A stretch of DNA of 21,991 nt. It comes from a virus. Within the stretch, counting starts at the first letter, position 1; each line of letters opens with the position of its first letter. The position numbers and the translations under genes were made by a program. The DNA lies in UHGV virus genome UHGV-0131363; one strand, given 5' to 3'. Under the pieces are notes generated by a model. It saw nothing but the letters and a program-made list of their open reading frames with translations. It searched no databases and was not told the origin of the DNA. Positions 14,874-21,991 of the stretch are shown here, piece by piece.

Positions 14874-15946
14874 TAAGGAACCTCTAAAAATCCACTATTC
14901 AAATCATCTACAACAGTATTCAACAGGTACGCACCGTTCTGTTGCTCCTGATTAGCATTCTGCTCTTTATCAATTTCCATCTTCTTAATCATGTACTTCA
15001 AAGGTGGTTCTTTAGGAGCTACAAAATCTCTGGGAATGCCAAACATATCATACAGTGGGGCAGCATTATAGTAAACCCACTCATGAAGAAGCTTTGTATT
15101 TAAGCCAACTACAGCACGTCCTTCGGAGAAGATATAATACGACCATTTCTCTTCACTTTCAACTACTTCATCTAAGATTACTTTAATCTCTGGAAGAATT
15201 TGTTGAAAAGCTTTCTGCCACTCATCATCTCTTAAAGTTTCTTTTAAAACTTCAATATCAATTTTAGTGTGAAGGATTTCATCAAGCATAATTTTCTGGA
15301 CAGCTTGAGCAATACCCTGAAATTTATCTTGAGCATCAAGTGCAAAAGTACATGCAAAGGATGCCATAAAAGATATACCTTCAAGTGCAGTCACTGCAAA
15401 CAGCCCTTTCAGAATCACTTTATGGAAGTGTAAAGGGTCTTTGTCCAGAAGTGAGTCACGCACATAACTCAGGCGATAGTTTATACCTTCATCCAGTAAT
15501 TCTTCAAGAACACGATTCACAGTTTTTAATCGGTCTTGTACAGCAACATTCTGGTTAATCTCATCTAAGATTGTTTCAGGGTTTTTAATACATTGCCTTA
15601 CAATCTCTGAGTAAGTAAGAGCATGTAGGTTTTCAATCTCAGACTGCTTCATAATTGCAGTTGCATAGATGTCATCAGAGATGAATGGTGCAAAGGCGAA
15701 TGCCAAGCTCTTAGCAACTTGGGTATCTGCTTCCCACTGCCACTTAAGAATCTCAAGCATTACACCTGACATTGATGCTGGGACACTCTCAAAATCAAGA
15801 CGTGATTGTTCAAAAGGGAACTCATCTTCTGACCAATCTTGTGCTTTTTGTTGTTTATAAAGCTCAAAGATTTTTGGGTAGTGTTTATTAAGTGAGTCAA
15901 ATGTCTTTCTCTCACCACCTAAAAAGATTGGGTGTTGGTTAATCAT
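14873..15946 (-). CDS. nrdB: ribonucleotide reductase class Ia beta subunit NrdB
   Basis: N-terminal HPIFLGG...KIFELYKQQ...DWSEDEF and downstream helices follow the NrdB pattern (E. coli/T4 EPMFFG...FFWRPEEV). Start placed at ATG 15946, which overlaps the upstream stop (ATGA) and has GGAG upstream. The ORF-track start at 16006 is a TTG inside the upstream gene. Confidence 0.9.
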   Translation of the reverse strand: MINQHPIFLGGERKTFDSLNKHYPKIFELYKQQKAQDWSEDEFPFEQSRLDFESVPASMSGVMLEILKWQWEADTQVAKSLAFAFAPFISDDIYATAIMKQSEIENLHALTYSEIVRQCIKNPETILDEINQNVAVQDRLKTVNRVLEELLDEGINYRLSYVRDSLLDKDPLHFHKVILKGLFAVTALEGISFMASFACTFALDAQDKFQGIAQAVQKIMLDEILHTKIDIEVLKETLRDDEWQKAFQQILPEIKVILDEVVESEEKWSYYIFSEGRAVVGLNTKLLHEWVYYNAAPLYDMFGIPRDFVAPKEPPLKYMIKKMEIDKEQNANQEQQNGAYLLNTVVDDLNSGFLEVP

Positions 15947-16200
15947 AGTGTGATTTCTCCTTTCTTTATCATTTCTAAGGCTTGTTTTCGGTCTAGAACT
16001 TCCCAATTTTCTTCATTGAACATCTCATATGGTCTTGCATAGATTTTACCATCTGCTGTAGAGATGTATGACACACCATCGACCCATGAGTCATCATTTT
16101 GTTTTATCATCATATCTGTACTACTTACATAGTACAACGTTTTCCGAGGTTTGTAGAGCAGATAAATTGGCCACTCATGATTTGCTATTAAGTCCTTCAT
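15943..16200 (-). CDS. hypothetical protein between nrdA and nrdB (85 aa from ATG 16200; ORF-track start 16284 overlaps nrdA)
   Basis: The ATG at 16200 is preceded by GGAGAGAG. The ORF-track ATG at 16284 would overlap the nrdA 3' end by 29 nt. No recognisable motif. Confidence 0.4.
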   Translation of the reverse strand: MKDLIANHEWPIYLLYKPRKTLYYVSSTDMMIKQNDDSWVDGVSYISTADGKIYARPYEMFNEENWEVLDRKQALEMIKKGEITL

Positions 16201-16222
16201 ACTCTCTCCAAAGTTATTTTTA

Positions 16223-16242
16223 GAGGGTCTTTTACGACCCTC
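16223..16242 (-). other. perfect 7-bp stem-loop (GAGGGTC-6 nt-GACCCTC) between nrdA stop and the next gene start; not followed by a U-tract
   Basis: Inverted repeat visible at 16223-16229 and 16236-16242. The minus-strand flank downstream is A-rich, so it is unlikely to be an intrinsic terminator. Possibly an RNA processing or stability element. Confidence 0.3.
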
Positions 16243-16255
16243 ATAGTTGTTAAAA

Positions 16256-18490
16256 CTAAACACCACAACCCTCGCAATAAGCATCTTGCAGTGCAGATTT
16301 ACCTACACCGATACGGCTGTTCAGATAGTACATGGTTTTCATACCTACCGAGTTGGCATAAATCATGTACTTCAGAGCTTGAGCCAATGATACCTTCTTA
16401 GACTTTGCATAGTCAACATAGAAGTCTGAAGAGATAGCTTGACCAGTGAACTTTTGAACAATTGCATAACAATCAATCATATCAAAGGTGTCAATACCCC
16501 AAGCAATTTCATATACATACTTCAACTCTTCATAATCTGGAACAATAAACAGTACGTTACCAGTTGCAGACTTTTTAGTTAAAATAAAGTCACGAATTGG
16601 ATACAAGCCATTTGTCGTATTGGTTGCCAGTGAAGAACTCTCATTAGGCATGTAAGCTTCTAATACAGAGTTTCGGATTCCACCATTTTCTTTGATACGT
16701 TGTGCTAAGTCATCCCAATCATATCGTAGTTTTGCATCATGCTTTTCATCAATCTTCTTGTTAGCTGTCTTTGGAGGAACCCAGCCTTCAGGATACTTAG
16801 TGAACTTCATGTATTCTGGAACGCCACGCTCTTTAGCAAGTCTCAGAGAGGCTTCATGCAGATAGTAAGAGTGCATCTCTGCCAGTTCATGAAGTTTCGT
16901 TTTACCTGCTCGTGAAGAGTAGTTCACGTAGTTCTTCGCAAGGTAATGAGCCACATTTGTAAGGCCAATCCCAACAGAACGACGCTTCTGAACATGGTTA
17001 CGCATCGACGGATACGGATAATCCATAAGGTCAATAACGGAGTCAACCATTGCAAGAGCATAATAAGCAACGTCAGCGTATTCATCTTCTGAAATTCTCC
17101 CTGCAACCAAACTAGCTAGGAAGCAAAGAGCCACCTCACCATCCTCTTTCACAGCATCGTCTCTGTAAAGGTCTGTCTCTTTCTCAAAACCATACACTGG
17201 CAACACAATTTCCATACAAAGATTTGACATCTTCAATGGTTCTTTAAATGGTGTATGTGTGTTTACATTGTTAGTGAAGAATGGATACACACGACCTGTA
17301 GCATAACGCTGTTGAATAAACAGCTTAGCAATTTCACGAGCCTTGACTCGTCTGTGCTTAACTCCTGAATGTACTGCGTGACCAACTGCCATAGCAAACT
17401 CATCAGCAGATGCTGTGTAGAACATGTCATAGAGTTTTGGTGCATCTTTGTAAGAGAATAGCAACCAATCTGTATCATACTGAACACACTGCCAGAAATA
17501 ATCGTTTGTGCCGAATGAATAGTCCATCTCATTAATACGTTTAGAAGGAACCGTTGTAGGGTGCTTCAAACGCAGTAAATCTTCAATCTGCGGGTCTAGA
17601 GCAGTGTAGAAGTTATTAGCTGAACCGCCACGACTCTTCTGTTTGTTTGCCTCTACAGATGAACGTACAAGCTTGTAATAAGGTAGTTTACCCATGTGCT
17701 CAATCGTATTTTGACGGATACCATCACCAATAGTACGTGTCTCCATCAGCATACCAATACCAGCTTGCTTTGTGGTCATATCATAAGCAACCTTTGCAGC
17801 AATACCAAGAGACTCAGCAGTATCATTTGCCTTAATCAAACAGCATGACGCATAACCTGATTTAGTTGCTCTTAACCCGTTTAAATAGGGCGTAGGAGCG
17901 TTAATCTTCAGGTCAGATAAGTAAGTGTACAGCTTGATAACATCTTGCAGTCTACGGTGCTTTGGTTGCTTCTCAAAGGCTTTCATAGCCATACCCATGA
18001 ACATAAATTGTGGTGACTCAAACAGTCTTCCCGTTTTAATATCACGGATACCATACTTGTCTCTGAACTGTTTCAAGACTGCATAACCGTAAGAGATATC
18101 TTTTGAGTGCACGATGTAACCTTGCAGGTATTCAAACTCTTCCTGTGAATAGTCCATCTTCTCCCAAAGTCCTGCTCTCTCCATATTTTTAACGAAGGTA
18201 ACCAGCGTAGGAACCTTAGTAAAACCTCCAAAGGCTTCTTTGTAGATAATTCCCAGAAGTAGCCGTCCAGCCATATCTGAGTACTCTTGAGTTTGTTTAT
18301 CAACACAAACATCAATCATGGCTTGGTGCATCTCTTTTGTAGTGCAACCTTCATAGACACGTTTCATGGCTTCCATAGTGACTTCTGACCAGATGATTCC
18401 GCGCTTATCTGCCCATGATGCCCACTTATTCAGTCTTTCTGGGTCAAAGCTTACTACTGTACCGTTTGATTTTTTAATTGTCTTAATCAT
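16256..18490 (-). CDS. nrdA: ribonucleotide reductase class Ia alpha subunit NrdA
   Basis: 744 aa. N-terminal ATP-cone (IKTIKKSNGTVVSFDPERL), catalytic-site region NLCMEIVLP, C-terminal CEGCGV tail. RBS AGGA upstream of the ATG at 18490. Confidence 0.95.
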   Translation of the reverse strand: MIKTIKKSNGTVVSFDPERLNKWASWADKRGIIWSEVTMEAMKRVYEGCTTKEMHQAMIDVCVDKQTQEYSDMAGRLLLGIIYKEAFGGFTKVPTLVTFVKNMERAGLWEKMDYSQEEFEYLQGYIVHSKDISYGYAVLKQFRDKYGIRDIKTGRLFESPQFMFMGMAMKAFEKQPKHRRLQDVIKLYTYLSDLKINAPTPYLNGLRATKSGYASCCLIKANDTAESLGIAAKVAYDMTTKQAGIGMLMETRTIGDGIRQNTIEHMGKLPYYKLVRSSVEANKQKSRGGSANNFYTALDPQIEDLLRLKHPTTVPSKRINEMDYSFGTNDYFWQCVQYDTDWLLFSYKDAPKLYDMFYTASADEFAMAVGHAVHSGVKHRRVKAREIAKLFIQQRYATGRVYPFFTNNVNTHTPFKEPLKMSNLCMEIVLPVYGFEKETDLYRDDAVKEDGEVALCFLASLVAGRISEDEYADVAYYALAMVDSVIDLMDYPYPSMRNHVQKRRSVGIGLTNVAHYLAKNYVNYSSRAGKTKLHELAEMHSYYLHEASLRLAKERGVPEYMKFTKYPEGWVPPKTANKKIDEKHDAKLRYDWDDLAQRIKENGGIRNSVLEAYMPNESSSLATNTTNGLYPIRDFILTKKSATGNVLFIVPDYEELKYVYEIAWGIDTFDMIDCYAIVQKFTGQAISSDFYVDYAKSKKVSLAQALKYMIYANSVGMKTMYYLNSRIGVGKSALQDAYCEGCGV

Positions 18491-18508
18491 TTTTGAATCC
18501 TACAGATG

Positions 18509-18532
18509 AAAAGAGCCTCCGAAGAGGCTCCC
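18509..18532 (-). terminator. rho-independent terminator-like hairpin immediately upstream of nrdA
   Basis: Minus-strand RNA forms GAGCCUC-uucg-GAGGCUC (7-bp stem, UUCG tetraloop, plus-strand arms 18513-18519 and 18524-18530) followed by UUUUCAUCU. Confidence 0.6.
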
Positions 18533-18536
18533 TAGT

Positions 18537-18872
18537 TTAAATCTTGAAAATTTGCTCATTCTGCCACATATCGTAAAACTTATCACTTACTTTTGTGACT
18601 GAAGAGGCGTGCATACAATTTAGGAACCATGACGGTGTACTAGCATCCATAATTGTTTCAAGTTTTTGTGTGACATTCACATCCATGTCTGCAACAACGT
18701 AATTGCCTCGCATCTTGCAAACAATTCTTCCAAACAAGATTGCACTTCTGCCTCTTCTGTCGTCACAGTACATAACTGTGTCTCCGTGCTTAACATCTTG
18801 TCCGATACTATCAACACCTAATTTAGCACCTGAGATAATGTCATCATAAGATAGCTTTTTTGCTTTAGACAC
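18537..18872 (-). CDS. hypothetical protein (111 aa)
   Basis: ORF in the same-strand array. No recognisable motif. Confidence 0.5.
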   Translation of the reverse strand: MSKAKKLSYDDIISGAKLGVDSIGQDVKHGDTVMYCDDRRGRSAILFGRIVCKMRGNYVVADMDVNVTQKLETIMDASTPSWFLNCMHASSVTKVSDKFYDMWQNEQIFKI

Positions 18873-19188
18873 GGTATTTCTCCAAGTTTCTTTTTAGATA
18901 TAACCAACCATAGTCAGTTCTTTCTACACCCATGAAGAGTGGAGCCATTACAACTTTACCAAAAGTATTCCTGTGTTGACAGATTTCAAAAGAATACTCT
19001 TTCTCAATATCAATCCCGTATTTGTACAGGACTGCTTTTAAAACTTGTTCATTATCCAGAAGTGTATCTGGAGTCTCACCATACTTCTCAAGTAACGGGT
19101 CATTCATAAACACCGTCATAGAGATATTGTAGTTTGAGAAGTGGCTCTTCTGAGCCACACCTTCTTTATTAATGTTCTGTGAATCCAT
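18865..19188 (-). CDS. hypothetical protein (start at ATG 19188; ORF-track start 19197 is TTG)
   Basis: First in-frame ATG at 19188..19186 gives MDSQNINKEG.... Overlaps the upstream gene by 20 nt. Confidence 0.45.
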   Translation of the reverse strand: MDSQNINKEGVAQKSHFSNYNISMTVFMNDPLLEKYGETPDTLLDNEQVLKAVLYKYGIDIEKEYSFEICQHRNTFGKVVMAPLFMGVERTDYGWLYLKRNLEKYRV

Positions 19189-19924
19189 TATAACCAACCC
19201 CTTTTAACCAGCACTTCAGGTTATTAGCATCATAATTCAGTTTCGGGTATGAGGTTACATGGAACTGCTCACCATCATAGTAGACAATATCTGCAATCCA
19301 TAGTCCATTCTCTTTACAGAAGTCTTTATCTGCTTTAGAGGTAATTGGATTAACTTCTACAAAACCATCTACACCCAAATCCTTTAAGCTACATACAATA
19401 CCTTTGCAGATAACGCATGTGTCAGATACTACCACAAAAAGTTCTTGGCTTTCAAGTTCTACAATGTATTCACCAAGCTGAACTTTAGGGAGATTAGATT
19501 GCTTCATAATCTTCCCATCGGCTGCGCGAACAATTGCATACCACTCTTTACCATCAACTACTGACATTCTGATGATACACTCTTGACCAGTACGCTTCTC
19601 AATATCTGCAAGACGTTTTAAAGCTTCTTCATAGTCGTCTGTGTACTTCAGGTCATTATTATGGCAAACGGCTTCCATAGCGCCATTGTGGTCATGCTGT
19701 GACAGATAAATCAGACCGTCAAGAACATATTGCAAATCTGCCTGAGCATCCAGTGTCTCAATGGGGTCTTTCTCTTCAATTGCTTTTACAAGCTCTTTTG
19801 CTTCTTCAAGCATACATAGAGATTGAGATTTCAAAGACTCCCAATACTCATCACTGTAAGGTTGCTTTTGAGTGTTTCCACAACGAAGATTCCAGTTTTT
19901 TACTGATTCTCTTGAGTTAAACAT
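19169..19924 (-). CDS. two-domain protein: N-terminal MazG-like all-alpha NTP pyrophosphohydrolase-like region, C-terminal CxxC thioredoxin-fold-like region
   Basis: 251 aa. N-terminal LEEAKELVKAIEE...LDAQADLQYVLDGLIYL fits the EExxE...D metal-binding pattern of MazG/dCTPase-type enzymes. C-terminal LFVVVSDTCVICKGIV...LGVDGFVEV resembles a glutaredoxin/thioredoxin beta-CxxC-alpha unit. Both assignments are by eye only. Confidence 0.5.
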   Translation of the reverse strand: MFNSRESVKNWNLRCGNTQKQPYSDEYWESLKSQSLCMLEEAKELVKAIEEKDPIETLDAQADLQYVLDGLIYLSQHDHNGAMEAVCHNNDLKYTDDYEEALKRLADIEKRTGQECIIRMSVVDGKEWYAIVRAADGKIMKQSNLPKVQLGEYIVELESQELFVVVSDTCVICKGIVCSLKDLGVDGFVEVNPITSKADKDFCKENGLWIADIVYYDGEQFHVTSYPKLNYDANNLKCWLKGVGYNGFTEH

Positions 19925-20148
19925 TTGGACTCCTTAAAATATCTGTTAACCTTTAGCTCTCGTGTTTCAATATATTCCAGATGTTCACGTAGCTCTTGAC
20001 GTTTAAGCATTAGGTGCTGCATTTGAGATTCAACAGCTTCAACCTCTTTAATTATTGACTCTCTGGCATTTGCAAGAATGCGCTCAAGTTCTTCAATCTT
20101 GCTGTCAACTTTTGCTACATGACTCACAGCTTTACTTTTGTTAAACAT
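19900..20148 (-). CDS. hypothetical coiled-coil protein (82 aa from ATG 20148; ORF-track start 20163 is TTG)
   Basis: The ATG at 20148 is preceded by GAGAGAGAATAAA. Product is helical and charged (IEELERILANARESIIKEVEAVESQMQHLMLKRQELREHLEYIE). Confidence 0.45.
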   Translation of the reverse strand: MFNKSKAVSHVAKVDSKIEELERILANARESIIKEVEAVESQMQHLMLKRQELREHLEYIETRELKVNRYFKESKCLTQENQ

Positions 20149-20169
20149 TTTATTCTCTCTCAATAGTTA

Positions 20170-20667
20170 TCAAGCACAGTTTGCTTTCATTACCTTATGG
20201 ATTCTTTTTTCAGCATCTTCATAAGTTTCTTTAGTAATAAACTTAATTGCTGCAATATTGGCATTGTAGAAGAGCCTGAGCTTAGAGTCAATCCTTTTTG
20301 TCATTACATCGAATTTATGTTGAAGATTTGCTTCACCATAGACTAGGCCACCTTTTGTGTAGTAGGTCTGAATAATGTAAAAGTCAAAAAATTCTTTTCC
20401 AAAGCTCTCAATATCTTTTTTAATATACTCAGAAGAAGTCTCATAAGTCATCCAATCACTCTCCTTAGTGACTACCTTCTTCCGAGTCTTGCCAGCAACT
20501 TTTCTTTTAGTCACACTATTAAGCTGTTTCTTTCCGATATAATATTGTCCAGTCTTCTTACAGTGTACTAAATAGACAAAGCCAAAATGTTTAGTGGGGT
20601 CAACTTCCCCACATAAAGATACCCAATGACCATAGGTGGGGCAATTGCCAAATCCTTTAATCTTCAT
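20170..20667 (-). CDS. hypothetical protein with GIY-YIG-like motif (possible DenA/Seg-type nuclease)
   Basis: 165 aa. Segment HFGFVYLVHCKKTGQYYIGKKQ has the GIY-(10 aa)-YIG spacing of GIY-YIG nucleases (compare T4 endonuclease II VIYAIAINDELVYIGKT). Downstream catalytic Arg/Glu not confidently placed. Confidence 0.45.
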   Translation of the reverse strand: MKIKGFGNCPTYGHWVSLCGEVDPTKHFGFVYLVHCKKTGQYYIGKKQLNSVTKRKVAGKTRKKVVTKESDWMTYETSSEYIKKDIESFGKEFFDFYIIQTYYTKGGLVYGEANLQHKFDVMTKRIDSKLRLFYNANIAAIKFITKETYEDAEKRIHKVMKANCA

Positions 20668-21697
20668 TCATACACGGCTCCCAATTATATTTCTTGAAAG
20701 AGAAATTGTCTTTTGGATTTCTCTCTTGATATGCTATCCAGAAATGCTGTTCCATTAACTCTAACGGTGTCTTTGTAACAGTCTGTCCATCCCATGACAC
20801 ATAGGTATAAGAGTCTTTTTTAGCATAAAGTTCATAGATAGCATCAAGACACTCTTTGTAGGTCTCTTTACCGTCTAAAGCATTCATCACAGCTACTTTA
20901 CCAGCACCTTTAAGGCCAAAGTAGTTGTCTGCATTATCTCCAGCAACAGCCTGATAACACAAGAATTTAAAACCTACACCAACTGTTTTTGAAGCTTTTG
21001 GTTTTGATTTGATAGGACAATCCCAGATATCACCAACATTATTATCAGCAATAAAAATTAGTGGTGATTTTTCATAGGTCATATCAATACAATAAGTTCC
21101 TTCAGCTTGTCGAAGGTCTTTGTCAATACTCATAAGAGCAGCCTTCTTACCCATCTTTTCAGCTTTAGCAATTACGATTGAATCGGCTTCGAAGCCCCCC
21201 TTTAAGAGCTTGAACTCTGGTCTGGATAAAAGGTATTCACGACAAGCGACTAAGTGTGTTGGTGTGACAGCATCTTTACGATTACCTTGATATTGGTGCT
21301 CAAGACCTTTAATGTCTTTATGTTTATGCACACCCTTCTCTGTTAAATAACCTACCCAAGTTCTTTCTTTACCAACAATCTTAAGCCATTCCTGAAGCAC
21401 CTGTTGAGTAGCCATGATAGCTTCTTTTTCACTCTTAGCTTCTTTCCAAGTTTGTCTTTCCCATTCATCTTCCTCAAATGTCAGGCCAAGCTCTTCCACA
21501 AGGATTCTCTGGTCTGCTAACCATCTTGCAGCATCTTTCGCATTATCAAATGGTTCAGACTCTTCTGCTGTGAGTTTATTAACGTATTTATACTTTGCTT
21601 TCTCAACTACACAAGCACCTTTATAGGCAATGCTGTCAGAGTCAATAAAGACATGTGTAACTGAATCGGGAAGCTTTGTTAATGTGTACTTCTCCAT
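20657..21697 (-). CDS. rnh: RNase H / 5'-3' flap endonuclease (FEN family, T4 rnh-like)
   Basis: 346 aa. N-terminal THVFIDSDSIAYKGAC (T4 RNase H GICLIDFSQIALSTA) and EADSIVIAKAEKMGKKAALMSIDKDLRQ (T4 EADDHIAVLVKK...ILIISSDGDFTQL) match the metal-binding motifs of FEN/T4 RNase H. RBS GGAGAG upstream of the ATG at 21697. Confidence 0.6.
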   Translation of the reverse strand: MEKYTLTKLPDSVTHVFIDSDSIAYKGACVVEKAKYKYVNKLTAEESEPFDNAKDAARWLADQRILVEELGLTFEEDEWERQTWKEAKSEKEAIMATQQVLQEWLKIVGKERTWVGYLTEKGVHKHKDIKGLEHQYQGNRKDAVTPTHLVACREYLLSRPEFKLLKGGFEADSIVIAKAEKMGKKAALMSIDKDLRQAEGTYCIDMTYEKSPLIFIADNNVGDIWDCPIKSKPKASKTVGVGFKFLCYQAVAGDNADNYFGLKGAGKVAVMNALDGKETYKECLDAIYELYAKKDSYTYVSWDGQTVTKTPLELMEQHFWIAYQERNPKDNFSFKKYNWEPCMNED

Positions 21698-21715
21698 TAT
21701 GACTCTCCATATGAA

Positions 21716-21742
21716 AAAGCCCCATACTAAGTACAGGGCTTT
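21716..21742 (-). terminator. weak terminator-like hairpin (7-bp stem, 13-nt loop) upstream of the rnh-like gene
   Basis: Inverted repeat aaagccc/gggcttt at 21716-21722 and 21736-21742. The long loop and a U-tract partly inside the stem make it a poor terminator. Confidence 0.3.
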
Positions 21743-21759
21743 AAAGTAACTTTTAGAGA

Positions 21760-21991
21760 TTAGTCTTCTGTATCGAAGTCTTCATCTTCTTCGTCATCTG
21801 GGTCTGGCAAGTCTTCATCATCACCATCATCAGAATCGTTCGAAGGTTTGTGGTCTTTTGCGTCTTCTTCAGTGATTTCACCGTTATCTTCGACACCATC
21901 AAGACCAAGCATAGCCAGTTCATCTTCATCCAGTTCAGGTTCACCATTAGCACCGTTACCACCAGTGTAAGGTACAAGAGTATCAATGATA
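21760..21991 (-). CDS. 5'-truncated gene encoding a protein with a highly acidic C-terminal tail (...DSDDGDDEDLPDPDDEEDEDFDTED), possibly SSB-like (gp32-type)
   Basis: Manual minus-strand translation is open from the window end to TAA at 21762..21760 and reads ...LVPYTGGNGANGEPELDEDELAMLGLDGVEDNGEITEEDAKDHKPSNDSDD.... The ORF-track 77-aa ORF (21753..21986) is a different frame with implausible composition. Confidence 0.45.
   Translation of the reverse strand, partial: IIDTLVPYTGGNGANGEPELDEDELAMLGLDGVEDNGEITEEDAKDHKPSNDSDDGDDEDLPDPDDEEDEDFDTED

Noticed and set aside
13386-15860. Plus-strand ORFs 13386..13568, 14478..14666 and 15669..15860
   Set aside because: Antisense to nrdD, to the membrane-protein and glutaredoxin genes, and to nrdB respectively.
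16924-18315. Minus-strand ORFs 16924..17106, 17263..17532 and 18073..18315
   Set aside because: Alternative-frame ORFs lying entirely within nrdA, which is strongly supported.
19699-19920. Plus-strand 73-aa ORF
   Set aside because: Antisense to the 5' part of the 251-aa MazG-like gene. No RBS.
21414-21626. Plus-strand 70-aa ORF
   Set aside because: Antisense within the rnh-like gene. Serine-rich low-complexity translation.
21753-21986. Minus-strand 77-aa ORF from the ORF track
   Set aside because: Implausible composition (MVMMKTCQTQMTKKMKT). An overlapping minus-strand frame encodes a coherent acidic C-terminal tail and is preferred.
1-21991. tRNA genes, rRNA genes and CRISPR arrays
   Set aside because: No cloverleaf-like sequence with conserved GTTC / T-loop spacing was spotted in the few non-coding gaps, and no regularly spaced direct repeats were seen. 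Coding density leaves no room for an array. A tRNA-scanning tool would be the decisive check.

Overview
Dense, single-orientation (all genes on the minus strand) segment of a T4-like (Straboviridae-type) phage genome; every protein call rests on motif recognition by eye, with no database search. Recognisable genes are rIIA and rIIB, a complete nucleotide-metabolism module (aerobic RNR nrdA/nrdB, glutaredoxin-like nrdH/nrdC, anaerobic RNR nrdD/nrdG), an RNase H/FEN-family nuclease, a MazG-like two-domain protein, and several small unknown ORFs. The most interesting locus is a Prs-family gene (8083..8979) and a Nampt-family gene (5783..7564) split by a free-standing HNH-AP2 homing endonuclease gene. 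This pair matches the architecture of the phage NAD+ reconstitution pathway NARP1 (Adps + Namat), an anti-defence system, though a NadV/Prs salvage role cannot be excluded from sequence alone. Minus-strand hairpin terminators with CGAA/UUCG-type tetraloops sit immediately upstream of gene starts, and three sigma70-like promoter candidates were found by eye. Positions 1-18 are Illumina adapter sequence, so the left contig end is an artefact. Two minus-strand genes missed by the ORF track are proposed: a 58-aa zinc-finger membrane protein (5236..5412) and edge-truncated genes at both window ends. No tRNA, rRNA or CRISPR array was seen.
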